From Octopus vulgaris (Eukaryota), in NCBI GenBank assembly GCA_951406725.2, contig OX597820.1:46190001-46254000 (forward strand): DNA of 64,000 nucleotides, read 5' to 3'. The translations under genes were made by a program, and so were the position numbers. This document shows positions 1 through 12,879 of this stretch, piece after piece. The notes under the pieces were generated by a model that saw only the letters and a list, made by a program, of their open reading frames with translations, had not been told where the DNA came from and made no database searches. Each line of letters opens with the position of its first letter. The first letter of the stretch is position 1.

Positions 1-318
1 TTGATGCGAGGATGATGATGATGATGATGAGGAGGAGGAGGAGGAAGAGGAGAGGAGAGGAGGAGGATGGAGGATGACGATGACGGACGACGACGATGAC
101 GATAATCCTTCAAATCTTTCTGTACTCTCGTTTACAAATATATGTTCAGAAATGAAGATGAACTTACTTGGCATAGTTTGCTTACACATCAGTTTTGTAA
201 TTCAACTTTCACCCTACTCAATTATAAACTATCAATAGTACACACTGTCGATTCAGTATTCTATGCTTATCCCACATCATTTTGCTGTAGTGGTATTATC
301 GTTATTAATAGTAGTAGT

Positions 319-700
319 GGAAGCACTCCGTCGGTTACGACGACGAGGGTTCCGGTTGATCCGAATCAACGGAACAGCCTGCTCGTGAAATTAACGTGTA
401 AGTGGCTGAGCACTCCACAGACACGTGTACCCTTAACGTAGTTCTCGGGGATATTCAGCGTGACACAGAGAGTGACAAGGCCGGCCCTTTGAAATACAGG
501 TACAACAGAAACAGGAAGTAAGAGTGAGAGAAAGTTGTAGTGAAAGAGTACAGCAGGGATCAGCACCATCCCCTGCCGGAACCTCGTGGAGCTTAAGGTG
601 TTTTCCCTCAATAAACACTCACAACGCCCGGTGTGAGAATCGAAACCGCGATCCTATGACCGCGAGTCCGCTGCCTTAACCACTGGGCCATTGCGCCTCC
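319..700 (-). mobile_element. tRNA-derived SINE (family C), full length with TSD
   Basis: Reverse strand begins GGAGGCGCAATGGCCCAGTGG (A-box-like) ... GGTTTCGATTC (B-box-like). Flanked by direct repeat AATAGTAGTAGT at 307-318 and 701-712. Related sequence at 26.3-26.6, 47.9-48.2 and 21.9 kb. Confidence 0.85.
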
Positions 701-895
701 AATAGTAGTAGTAGTGATAGTGTTGTTGACTATTGCTGTTGTTTCGCACCAGTGCAACCCTAATTGAACAGACCCATAATCAGCGATGTTCCAGCTATGA
801 CCATCTCACCTTTTAAAGGCGTACGTAGGACTACCATATTCAATGCGTCTTTTCGTTAAAACGGCAGGGTGTATTTTGAGGGCGAATTGGTTGCT

Positions 896-1107
896 ACATT
901 TAATCTGGCCATATCCCGCACAAATGTTCTACCTGTTTTACGTCCAAATCAGCCAGGTCCCGCATCTTACACCCTCCCTACAATGTCCTTCTCGAACAAT
1001 AGCATCATTGAAATCTCAAAGCCACACGTGAATACATGATTAATTAGAAACAATGTGAATAAATACATATTACATTTGACAAAGCAATACGAATGCTAAA
1101 GGGTTAA
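896..1107. mobile_element. piggyBac-like MITE remnant
   Basis: Ends in GCTAAAGGGTTAA (AGGG terminus plus TTAA target). The left terminus is not recognisable. Confidence 0.45.
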
Positions 1108-1124
1108 ATGGTGTGATATTTGTA

Positions 1125-1126
1125 GT

Positions 1127-1167
<41 letters not shown>

Positions 1168-1213
1168 ATAGTAGTAGCAGCAGTAGTAGTAGTGGTGGTA
1201 GTAGTAATAGTAA

Positions 1214-1262
<49 letters not shown>

Positions 1263-1275
1263 GGTAGTGGTGATG

Positions 1276-1322
<47 letters not shown>

Positions 1323-1372
1323 GGTGGTGGTGGTGGTAGTAGTAGTAGTAGTAGTACTAGTAGTAGTATTAG
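1125..1372. repeat. (AGT/GGT)n microsatellite
   Basis: Visible trinucleotide tract; it accounts for the poly-S/V/L ORFs. Confidence 0.95.
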
Positions 1373-1928
1373 TAAAGGCGCGTGGTCTCGTGTCTTAGGT
1401 GTAGCCCTCAGGATTCCGGTTTCGATTCTCGGAACTGGTTGTGGTGTTGTGTTCTTGGGCAAAGCAACTTCGCGTTGCTCTGCGATTACTTCCACATCTG
1501 ACGCGAAGCACACCCTGTACTTCCACAGGCAATTTCGGTCTGATGTAGGAAGTGAACCAATGTACAGCACAAACATTGGATCACTATAAACGAATAATCT
1601 GTACAGGCCGTTCAGCATGAATTTGCGGCGGCCTCAACTCGACAGTCGTTTATGAAAGGAAAATCCAGAAAATAGTGGTAGTAGCAGTTCGCGAGGAAAC
1701 TACTGTAACGACGTTGACAAACCACCAACCAAAAATGAATGACATGGATGTATAAATGAATGAATTTATATAGTCTGTAACTACACACATACACACACAA
1801 ACACCCCACCGAACACACATGCACACGCATACACATTTACAAAGACGCACTAACAAAAGAATGTATCATATTTCAATGTCTATATTGACTCTTCGTCTCC
1901 TTCAACATTGAATCAAGTATACAGACAT

Positions 1929-1965
<37 letters not shown>

Positions 1966-2073
1966 TGTATGTATGTGTGCTCGTGCATGCATACATACAC
2001 CCACATACATACACACATACATACACACATACATGCATACATACACACATATATAGGTACATATATGTGCCAA

Positions 2074-2131
<58 letters not shown>

Positions 2132-2132
<1 letters not shown>

Positions 2133-2513
2133 ACTTGTTTCAGTCATTTGACTGCGGCCATGCTGGAGTACCGCCTCTAGTCGAAGAAATTGACCTCAGG
2201 ACTTATTCTTTGTAAGCCTAGTACTTATTCTTTTGGTGTCTTTTGCCGAACCGCTAAGTTACGGGGACGTAAACACGCCAGCATCGGTTGTCATGCGATA
2301 TTGGGGGACAAACACAGACACACAAACACACACACACACATACACACACATATACGACGGGCTTCTTTCGGTTTCCGTCTACCAAATCCACTCACAGGGC
2401 TTTGGTCGGTCCGAGGCTATAATAGAAAACACTTGTCCATGGTGCCACGCAGTGGGACTGAACCCGGAACCATGTTGGTAAGCAATCTACTTACCACACA
2501 GCCATTCGGGCGC
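2132..2513 (-). mobile_element. SINE family A with internal (CA)n
   Basis: Homologous to copies at 26667, 41265 and 47498, including the 3' tail GGCGGTACTCCAGCATGGCCGCAGTCAAATGACTGAAAC on the minus strand. Confidence 0.85.
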
Positions 2514-2949
2514 TTATCTATACTTTAAATACCTAAAATTTACTTTTTCTGTTTATATTAGTTTTATATTTTTCACTTCTTGTAATCAACCTTTCATAAT
2601 TTTATTCTGCTTGCGACTACATTCGTATGTTTGAGTGTTATGTTGTAAACAACTCTAATTATGGAACGAAATCAAAGATATAACTTAGCATTTAAAAACA
2701 ATGAAATAATTAGGTGCAGGAGTGGCTGTGTGGTAAGTAGCTCGCTTACTTCACAGGAGAGTGCGTGTTTTTCTTTCACGCTTTGAAGTCACGTCGTTCG
2801 ACGTTGAAATATTGAAAAGCTGAAGCGCGACTCGAGGTAGGTGGGGTTTTTTTTTGGGGGGGGGAGCTCAATGGGGTCTGTTGTTTGTATTTAATGATTT
2901 TTGTCGAACAAGGGTCTCCAATGGGTTCCAGACATTAGCCTGTCAGTGG

Positions 2950-3700
2950 TATTCCACCCGTCGCTACGTTCTGAATTCAAATTTTGCCGAGGTCGACTTT
3001 GCCTTTCATCCTTTTGGGGTCGATGAAATAAGTACCAGTTGAGCACTGGGGTTGATGTAGCCGACTAAGCGCCATCCCCCAAAATTTCAGGCCTTGTGCC
3101 TATAGTAGAAACGATTATTATGTAATGCTTAGCGGCATTTCGTGCGTCTTCAGAGTTAAAATTCCGCCGAGGTCGACTTTGTCTTTCATCCTTTCGGGGT
3201 CGGTAAAATAAGTAGCACTTGAGCACTGGGTTCGATGTAATTGACATACTCCTTCTCTGAAATTGCTGGCCTTGTATCAAAATTTGAAATCAATGTTAAA
3301 TATTAAGTCATGACAACGAGGTGGACACAGTTCTTAACGGCATTTCGTCCGTTTTTACGCTCCGAGTTCAAATTCCGCTGATGCCGACTTTGCCTTTCAT
3401 CTTTCGGAGTTCGATAAAAAAAATATCAGTTAAGTACTGGAGTTGATTTAATGGACTAGATCCTCCCCCAACCCCACACGAGACTTCAGGCCTTATACTA
3501 GTCGTAAGAAGGAATATTAAAAACTAGGAGAAAGTAGTGGATTGGTACAGCGAGGGAGAAAATATTTGCGATACTTAATTACAGATATTTCTGTTCTGAG
3601 TTCTTTTCCTGCCTAGGTAAACTTCCTATTTCTTTCTTCGGAAATCGAAAAAAAAAAAAAAAAAAACCAGTCAAGTACTGGGATCGTCATTGGCGATTAG
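2950..3700 (+). mobile_element. Cluster of about 4 SINE family B copies
   Basis: Repeated diverged copies of GAGTTCAAATTCCGCCGAGGTCGACTTTGCCTTTCATCCTTTCGGGGTCGATAAAATAAGTACCAG. Confidence 0.8.
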
Positions 3701-4748
3701 CTGCAACCATCAAAGTCATTGATGTGTTACAGGTGCAAAATTTTTGGCTAACTGCCGGCGAAGACACCATTATGCAACAGACACAAGCTGATTGTAGGTG
3801 AGTGAACTGGAGCAAAGTGGAATGATGCGCCGCTACTTAGCAGTCCCATAATCGTCAACCCACAGTCCCATAATCGTCAATCCAACAGTCTAACCACTAA
3901 CACGCGCGCCTTTACAATCGACTATATGAGGGAAGTATAGAGATTGCAGAATATCAAACAAATCACTCTGAGATATTTACTAAGATCCATTCGTGTTTGT
4001 TTCCAAATGTCTCTCGATGTCGTTAAAATACATCGATAAAACAGTTAGCAGTTCGTTATTGAGAGCAACTCAATCATCTATAAGCTTCCCTGCTGTTGTC
4101 AACATTAATTATAGCCCTAAGTCAGTCCTGATGGGGCAGATCATTGATCATTGATCAAAAAATTTCCCCTATGACCACCCTGTAATTCCCTTCGTTTAGA
4201 GAATACAAGCATACGCTATCTAACATATCCCTTCTGAAGATGGCGGTATGCGATTTGGATCATATTTTCTGCTCTTTCTAGGAGTTCGAACGACCGCTTA
4301 AAGGTTCTCTCATTGGCTTGAAATAAATTTCTGGAGCGTCGGGTAAAACGTTTTACGGTATTTAGTTACTTGTCCTTACGTTCACAGTTCAAGCCCCATA
4401 GGAGTCGAGTCAGTAAAATAATAATCAAGTACTGGATCGATATATTTGAATGTGATCAACATATCAATATTTTGAAAATGTGTATATATATGTAATATAT
4501 CAATATTATATATCGTTTTACTTCTAACTGCTCTTTATTTAAATTGTAACTTGTATTTATTAATACTTCCAACTGTGCCAGCGAATAACTTATGAGATAT
4601 ATTGAGTACACAGACAAATCTGTATGAATGTATGTATGTGCTTGTGCGTGTATGTATATATGTATGCATGTTTGCATGTATATATACACATAATTACGTG
4701 CGTATATATATTAGAAGGTTTGGAGATGATGTACAGGTATTATATATT

Positions 4749-4971
4749 AGAAGAAATAAAGTGCTCAGAAGTCTGGATGGTTTTATATTTACAGATTTTT
4801 ATTAATATGTCACATGTTTTTATAAATCATATATTAGTGCTTTGGATTCTTCAATCTGAAGAATCCACTAGAGTGGATGCAAGCGCTAATATATGATTTA
4901 TAAAAAACGTGACATTAATAAAAATCTGTAAATATAAAGCCATCAAGACTTCTGAGTACCTTATTTCATCT
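4749..4971. repeat. Long foldback (inverted pLTR-like repeat) next to (TA)n
   Basis: About 90-bp arms, 4749-4841 versus 4881-4971, are near-perfect reverse complements. Confidence 0.9.
4854..4890 (+). ncRNA. Minimal hammerhead ribozyme motif with one core mutation
   Basis: CTGAAGA (4856-62), stem II ATCCAC-taga-GTGGAT, GCAA (for GAAA), palindromic stem III A-GCGC-T, then A. Confidence 0.65.
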
Positions 4972-5732
4972 TATATATATATATATATATATATAATATA
5001 TTATAATATTAGCTGAGGATAAAATTTCAAGTAAAATACTTAGATTTAGAAAATATTAGCTTTTATTAAAACTAAAAATTTTATTACAAGTTATTACTTC
5101 TATTTGTTATTACCTTTTACTTCTATTAAAAATAAAAATATAAAAATTTCGCACTTTAAAAAAACTGATTTTTTAAATTATTGATTAATAATCAGAAATT
5201 TGAAAATATGTTATAAAAAATAATAGTAGTACATAATTAGTTAGTATAATAAATAGAATAATACAAAAATTAGTGATATGTTACAGTAAAATGTACCTAT
5301 AACAACAAATTCACAGTAAAATTTGCTTGGGTTATTGCCAAGTCTTCACATTTTTAGTCTTGAACCAATGCTTACTTTTTACACAATGAATTTGCCTACC
5401 ATTTATACTCTTCTACTCTGCATAAAACTTTAGCTATATTGGTACTTCTGGTTCTCATTTTTTAAGCATTCTAGTGTGTCAATATTTTAACAAATGATGG
5501 TGCCTTTTTAATTATAATGTTACTTTGTAAATTAAAATCAAATAATTTTTAACATTCAAATTTTATCCTTTGCTCCAATATTTTAAGTAAAAATTGTCGT
5601 GTTCTGTACTTTACCTGATGTAATAAGCTGTCCTGAACTTTTCCAAGTGTAATATATTTCTTTATTCACCATACGGTTTTACACAGAGGGGACATTATAA
5701 CACATTGGGGACACAAAACATAAAAAAGATAG

Positions 5733-5998
5733 TCCCGAAGAACCTGAGGGACCTGCATGGTGTAGATGCGGATGTCTTTAAAGTAGGACTGGATCTCTTC
5801 CTGTCAGGTGTCCCGGATGAACCAACTTCACGGCAGGAGGTGCAGATGAGGGCAGCTGCATCGAACTCCTCATGCACCAAATGGCAGTTGCTAAAAAGCA
5901 TTCGTGAGGTAAAATCATGTAGCAAACCAAATGGCGGTGCCCCAGCATAGCCACAGCTCATGAGCTGAAACTGGAAAAATCAAAAAAATCAAAAATCA
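5733..5998 (+). mobile_element. CR1-group LINE 3' end, short copy
   Basis: Near-identical to 8920-9178; encodes ...FKVGLDLFLSGVPDEP...RAAASNS; (AAAATC)n tail. Confidence 0.75.
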
Positions 5999-6857
5999 TA
6001 TGATAAGATGGAAAAAAGGGTAATAAATGAAAGGTGAAAGTGATGTTAACTGCAACTTTTCCAAGTGTAGTAACCTGTCCTGCAATTTTTCAGGTTTATA
6101 ATCTTAAGAATATTATTTTCTTGCTCGCATTTTTCCATGTAATCCATATTTTTTCCAATCTATACTATTCTGCTAATTAATAATGTGTCAAATGTATCAA
6201 TCAGCGGTGTCGTTGATAATTTTTTCTTTACCTCAATGACGCCGGTGTCATATATATAAGTCCCCTTATAGAACTATATTCATAAAAATGTATAGAACTA
6301 TATTATCGCTCACAAATTTGAGAAACAAACACTCATAACTTTTGTCTTTTAAAACTTCATTGCATGAGATTGATACCATGAACTTCCTCGAATTGAGCTC
6401 TATCATTTAAGCTTAATTAGAATATAGTTTGTTTTCAAACTAAAAAGAGTTGATTATACTTAAATCCAATTTTTCGCCTTATATTTTTTTCATGATATTT
6501 TACCTCACAACTTTTGATATCACTTTTTGTTGCATGGGACCAACACTATAAAATTCTTCGTGCTTTCTTCTATCATTGAAGCTAAGATAAATAAAAAAAA
6601 AGTATTTAGATCTAAACTTGATTGGTGGCATTACTCACTCCCCTATAACGTTGCTACAAAATTTGATGTAAATTTTTTTCTACTGGATTAAATGTCAATT
6701 TTTTTAATGCCAAACCGTAGCTAGGGACTAGCCCTCTTCAAAAAGGTTAACAGTTGTCAATTTGGTTAAGAACTGAATTAGCGATAAGCTCTGAAAGATA
6801 CTGCTTGTGAGTAAATTGCGACGTTAAGAAACTTATTCAACTACTACTGTAGTAGAA

Positions 6858-7165
<308 letters not shown>

Positions 7166-7323
7166 TGTACAAATATACAAGCATATAAATGTATGTATAA
7201 ATACATAGACAAAGCATGCACAGCTTCATACAGAGACATACGTATTCACTTACGCACACATACAATACGCCCATACACGCATATACATATAGACATACAC
7301 ATCTTGTTTTGAAGTTCGTTAAG

Positions 7324-7369
<46 letters not shown>

Positions 7370-8023
7370 TTTAGAACAGACTGTTGCTTTCGCACTTTTG
7401 TAATTATAACTTTCAACTTGAACAATCTACATCTAATACAAGCGTCCTCTCAGAGGAGTTAATTCACGTTCCGGTTTGTGACTGAGACAGTATTTGATTA
7501 TAGAGACGGGATGACCGACTTCTTTTGGTGAATAGATAAGAATTTTGGAATTCCAGGCATTTACAAAGACATTCAGAAGTTTTAGTACAGTAAATTAGTT
7601 CCAACTTGAAATCTGAAACAGATAACCATACTGAAAGTATATATTCTCTGTAGTTTTGTGTTCTTGTAGTCCAGTGGGTCTCAACCGGGGTTCACATGGC
7701 CCTTTGGGTCCACATGGTTCTTGGGGGTCAATATGCACCTTACGGGTTCATGTAAGAGTTTGCTGTTAAAAATAATATGTAATGGATTGGTTATACTTCT
7801 AAAATCTTTCATCTTTTATATTTTACTAGCTTCAGTCATTAGACCGTGGCCATGCTGGGGCCCCACCTAGAAGAATTTTAGTCAAACTTATCGACCCCAG
7901 TGCTTATTTTCTTCTTATGCCTGATACTTATACTACCTGTCACTTTTACCGAACCGCTATGCTAGGTGGACGCAAATGCATTATTAATGGATTTAATGGA
8001 CGGAAACTGAAAAGAGCCCATCC

Positions 8024-8167
<144 letters not shown>

Positions 8168-8257
8168 AATCCAAACGGGAAAACAGAAAAAACAACAACA
8201 CGTGGAACAATTACAGTATTATTATTAATAGGCGCTCAGGAAAGATGGAAGCAGGAA

Positions 8258-8293
8258 GGTATGACGTTTCGAGCGGAGCTCTTCGTCGGAAAC
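8258..8293 (-). ncRNA. Minimal hammerhead-like motif in a PLE pLTR-like repeat
   Basis: Minus strand GTTT-CCGACGA-A-GAGC-TCC-GCTC-GAAA-CG-TC-ATAC. Palindromic ACGT stem III, U4C change. Related copies at 52287 and about 41100. Confidence 0.6.
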
Positions 8294-8637
8294 ATAAAGA
8301 AGGAAGAGAGAGGAAAGAAAGATCCCAAAGTGGGCAACAAGAGGGAGAAAAAAAGACGACTGGTGTTTACGAAGTACACATGGTGAAAGGCGGAAGTTTA
8401 CGATAACAAGAGCAAAGTAGGTTTTTAAAGCCAAAAGAGTGGAGACAGGGTTGGTAACGCAACAGATGTGTGTGTATGTGTGAGTGTGTGCGTGTGCGTG
8501 TGTGTATGTGTGTGTGAGGCGAGATAAAAAAACAAAAAATATATGTATATGTTAGTGTGTGCGTCTGTGTGTAGGCGTGTGAGGTAGGGCGAACAGTAGT
8601 AGGCAGCAGATAGTGGTCAGTAGTAAGAAAATGAAGG

Positions 8638-9177
8638 AAGCTACACGAAGAAGATAGCCTCTGTGCAGCATATGAGCTACTGGGAAAGACTCAAGAGATT
8701 AAAGCTTTATTCCCTGGATCGTAGGCGAGAAAGATGTGCCATAATATATATCTGGAAGATCATGGAAGGACTTGTCCCAAACTTTGGCATCGAGAGTCAC
8801 ACAAATGCCAGAACCGGGCGCCACTGCGTAGTACCAAGGACTCCAAATTTGCCATCAAGATGTAGGACAAGATATTGTGATAGCCTGGGCTTCAGAGGCC
8901 CACAGCTCTTCAATATCCTCCCAAAGAACCTGCATGGTGTAGATGCGGATGTCTTTAAAGTAGGACTGGACCTCTTCCTGTCAGGTGTCCCGGATGAACC
9001 AACTTCACGGCAGGAGGTGCAGATGAGGGCAGCTGCATCGAACTCTCTCATGCATCAGATGGCGTTTGCTAAAAAGCATCCGTGAGGTAAAATCGTGTAG
9101 CAAACCAAATGGCGGTGCCCCAGCATGGCCACAGCTCATTAGCTGAAACTGGAAAAATCAAAATCAAAAATCAAATC

Positions 9178-9178
<1 letters not shown>
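8638..9178 (+). mobile_element. CR1-group LINE 3' end (ORF2 C-terminus plus 3' UTR)
   Basis: SYWERLKRLKLYSLDRRRER...IWKI...GPQLFNILP...FK..LD resembles the post-RT C-terminus of CR1/L2-group LINEs; tandem AAAATC tail. Confidence 0.8.
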
Positions 9179-9236
<58 letters not shown>

Positions 9237-9239
<3 letters not shown>

Positions 9240-9342
9240 TACAAAATTAGAGAATGGAGAAACATACTTAAATCAATAAAACATCAACCATCCGATGATA
9301 CCCAATCAATACTTTAATACACCACTTGGTGCAAACTGTATC

Positions 9343-9384
<42 letters not shown>

Positions 9385-10215
9385 CATTATTAATATTAAT
9401 AGTAATTTTATTAACTTTTATAACTTTAGAATTTTATGAACTGAACATGGTTTTAATTTTAATTATTATTTTTCATCTCCCTATGTGTTAGTTTTTAAAA
9501 AAAAACTTTTAGCCAAATATGTATAATATCGGTACTTATTAATATTAATATATACACTGATATATATTTTGTTTTATTTTGTTCTGCTTACCTTCCTTTA
9601 TTGTACCAATGAGTATTATATTATATAAGTGTAGCATTATGATGTATAAGTTTTTATATTTTATATTTTTATATTTTTATATTTATATGTATATGATTAT
9701 ATAATATTTTTCACAATTATAACAAATTTAATTTAATTCTCTGAAGAGGCCGTGGGGCATCCTTGTTAATGCCTCATTTATACCTGCCTTTATGGCTTAT
9801 AGGTTAAATGAGGTATGACTGCCCTCACTGCCGAAACAGCTGTCAGTTTTGATTTAATTGCATATTATATTTGAAATTTTTTACTTATATCTCTTTATCT
9901 TTTTACTATTACTGTATATCTCATTTTGTATAATGCCTTTACTCATATGTAATGGTGTATTAAAGTATTGATTGGGTATCATCGGATGGTTGATGTTTTA
10001 TTGATTTAAGTATGTTTCTCCATTCTCTAATTTTGTAGTATTAATTTACGGTAATATTATTACCTTTACCCATATAATACAATAGATGAACTGATTGTTT
10101 GACAATTTTTAACATCTATGTATTAATCTTGTTGGGTACCTATCTGGCAGTATATTGGATATATATTATCCATGGTGGGTTGAATTTTCAACCCCTATCT
10201 CATTTTATAACCTAA
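9237..10215 (+). mobile_element. Non-coding Penelope-like element with inverted terminal segment, embedded in (TA)n
   Basis: Perfect 88-bp inverted repeat 9237-9324 versus 9953-10040; hammerhead at 9739-9846; (TA)n on both flanks. Confidence 0.75.
9739..9846 (+). ncRNA. Type-I hammerhead ribozyme with intact core and extended stem II
   Basis: CTGAAGA 9741-47; stem II GGC...GCC with internal pairings GGGCA/TGCCC and CCTCATTTA/TAAATGAGG; GAAA 9833-36; palindrome ACAGCTGT; GTC cleavage triplet ending at 9844. Confidence 0.8.
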
Positions 10216-10248
10216 ATATATATATATATATATATGTATATGTATATA

Positions 10249-10316
<68 letters not shown>

Positions 10317-10347
10317 CATTCATCCATCCATCCATACATACATATAT

Positions 10348-10393
<46 letters not shown>

Positions 10394-10494
10394 AAATGGG
10401 ACAAGAACGCAAAACATTCAAATAGACGATACAAAAACACGGACGGGTCATTCGAAGCCTTTAATCTTCAGTCAAGAACCGGATCATCCTCGCA

Positions 10495-10547
<53 letters not shown>

Positions 10548-10549
<2 letters not shown>

Positions 10550-10744
10550 GCAAAAAGAAAAAAAAATTTCTTTGCCAATATGCTGAAAAATAGACCACAT
10601 AAGATATTTTCACTTGTATTATTACAAGTGAAAATACAAGTGAATAATACAAGTGTAATAATAACAAGTGAAAATATTTTGTGTTTAGACGATTTAGCGT
10701 CTATTTTTTTCAGCATATTGACAAGGAAAAAACTTTTTTTGCCC
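10548..10744. repeat. Foldback element next to (TA)n
   Basis: GGGCAAAAAG...CAATATGCTGAAAAATAGAC versus GTCTATTTTTTCAGCATATTG...TTTTGCCC; inner ATATTTTCACTTGT/ACAAGTGAAAATAT. Confidence 0.75.
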
Positions 10745-10924
10745 TTATTTATATAATTTTCACCTTAAAAGGTACTTTCCATGTGCTGACCACTGACCAA
10801 ATTTTTTAATAAAATTTTAGCCTTATATTAGAAGCATATATATATATATATATATATATACATATGCACATGTGTCTGTGTGTCTGTGTTTCTGTGTGTG
10901 CGTGCGTATGTGTGTTAGTTTGTC

Positions 10925-11130
10925 TTCGTCTACCGTTCGACAACCGGTGCTGGTGTGTTTACGCCCCCGTAACTTAGCGGTTCGGGAAAAGACACCGACA
11001 GAATAACTACCAGGATTTGAGAAAATAAGTAATGGGGTCGATTTGTTTGACGTAATCGTTCAAGGCGGCGCGCCAGCATGTTCGCAGTCCAATGGCTGAT
11101 ATAAGTAAAATATACTCGATAAAAGAATAA
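10925..11130 (+). mobile_element. SINE family A 3' half
   Basis: GGTGTGTTTACGCCCCCGTAACTTAGCGGTTCGG ... AAGGCGGCGCGCCAGCATG. Confidence 0.75.
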
Positions 11131-11472
11131 AGAATAAAGATGAAAAAAAGACATTGCCAATAACCATTGCAGCTTTCCCTGACTAATGAGATTGATGCAT
11201 CTGTCATTATAAGTATATCATAGCGTGTAACTAGTTGTCCTGATATGCATATATTTACATATATTGTTCGAAAAAGTCCGTTTCCATGTTATTGTTTTAT
11301 GTTTTCATTTCTCGTTGTGTTCTACGTTTTTTGGTGTCCTGTACCCATATATGCATGTATATATACATACAGATGTAGGTATGTACATATATGTATGTAT
11401 GTATGCATATGATTTATTTATTAATTTGTTATTATATGATCGAACACCACGCATCCACTTCCAAGTAAGTTT

Positions 11473-11672
<200 letters not shown>

Positions 11673-11683
11673 CCAGGTAAATA

Positions 11684-12115
11684 ATAGATTAAGAGGAATC
11701 GTGGTCGAATTTCGCAGGGAAAAGGTGAGTTGGAGAAGTTTCAGAGCGGGGTTGGAAGTTGTGGATCAGTGAAGTTATCAATGCGGGTGCTGGTATTTGA
11801 AACACTGTAAACTGAAGAGAGAGGTATGGATTAGTGAACATGAATGGGGAAAGTGCACGGTGAACTAACTCAGGAAAGCACATAGCATTTTAATGTCAGC
11901 AGAAGATGCTGAGAGAGAGGAAGAGAGAGAGAGAGAGTGAAAGAGAAAAGAGCTACTCATCTGCTGGAGGCAGTGGCTGAGTGAATCTTTCCTTAAGCAG
12001 GCGAATGGCCTTGTATGAGATGTAGTCGAGGAAGTTTGTGTATCTTTGCAGCATTAGTACTGTTCCAGAAATGTGAGTAACTCTCTGATGTGTGGCATAC
12101 TTTGAGCTGGTATTT
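11684..12115 (-). pseudogene. Degraded LINE ORF2 C-terminal relic (CR1/Zenon-like)
   Basis: Broken minus-strand peptides SYSHFWNS, LDYISYKAIRLL and CFPELVH resemble the EYCSHIW/LD.IQ.KAIRLI/C..EL pattern. Confidence 0.45.
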
Positions 12116-12879
12116 AAATATTGTCATATTCCCGCCGACAGGACGTCTAATGTCATATAAAGTTTTAGTATATTAAGACACATAATTGATTTTTATATTT
12201 TATCATTCGTATTTAAATTAAAACAGCGAGCTTTTAGAATCCTTACCACGCCAAGCAAATTGCTTAGTAGCATATCTGGTTTTATGTCCTAAGTTCAAAT
12301 GTCGCTGAGGTCCACTTAGCCTTTCGTCTTCTCGGCATCGATAAAATAAGTACCATTTGAGCACTAGGTTTGATATAATTGATTAGTTCCCCTCTCCCAA
12401 AATTGTTAGCCTTGTGCCAAAATATGAAAGGATTATTACTATTAAATTGAAATTGAAATATCAACTGATAAGGTTGTCTTAAAAATAATTTTAATGCTCT
12501 TCTTAATATGTTCTAGTGTTCTGTTCTTCGGCTGAAGAAATACTCAGACCTAGGGCTTGATACAAGTTGACCTAGTTGTTGCGTTGTTGTGGTTTAGTCC
12601 AGGTCAACTCTGTTCAAGCAGATCTATGATCGAAGGTCGTCTAACACTGATCATTTTTGTCTCTTTTAATAGTATTACCTAACGTGTCGTCATTTGTGAG
12701 AAAGTAGGTGTAATTTGAGGGAAATGTTTTACTCTTTCTAAGGTGTCTACCGACCACGCGAAGACTGTTTCGTTCGCTCGTATTGATTAACAGCATTTCC
12801 ATGTTCTAAGGGCCACAAACACCATTAATACTTTTAAGCTTATTCTTTATTTAAGAATAACCATCTTATAATGATATGG

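Noticed and set aside
630-700. tRNA gene-like sequences (also ~21900-21978, ~42450-42520, ~48150-48210)
   Set aside because: They have A/B-box-like motifs but no convincing cloverleaf, and they are attached to SINE bodies.
5000-6750. AT-rich block ending AAAAGGTTAA, possibly a decayed piggyBac-type element
   Set aside because: No matching second terminus or convincing transposase motif could be read.
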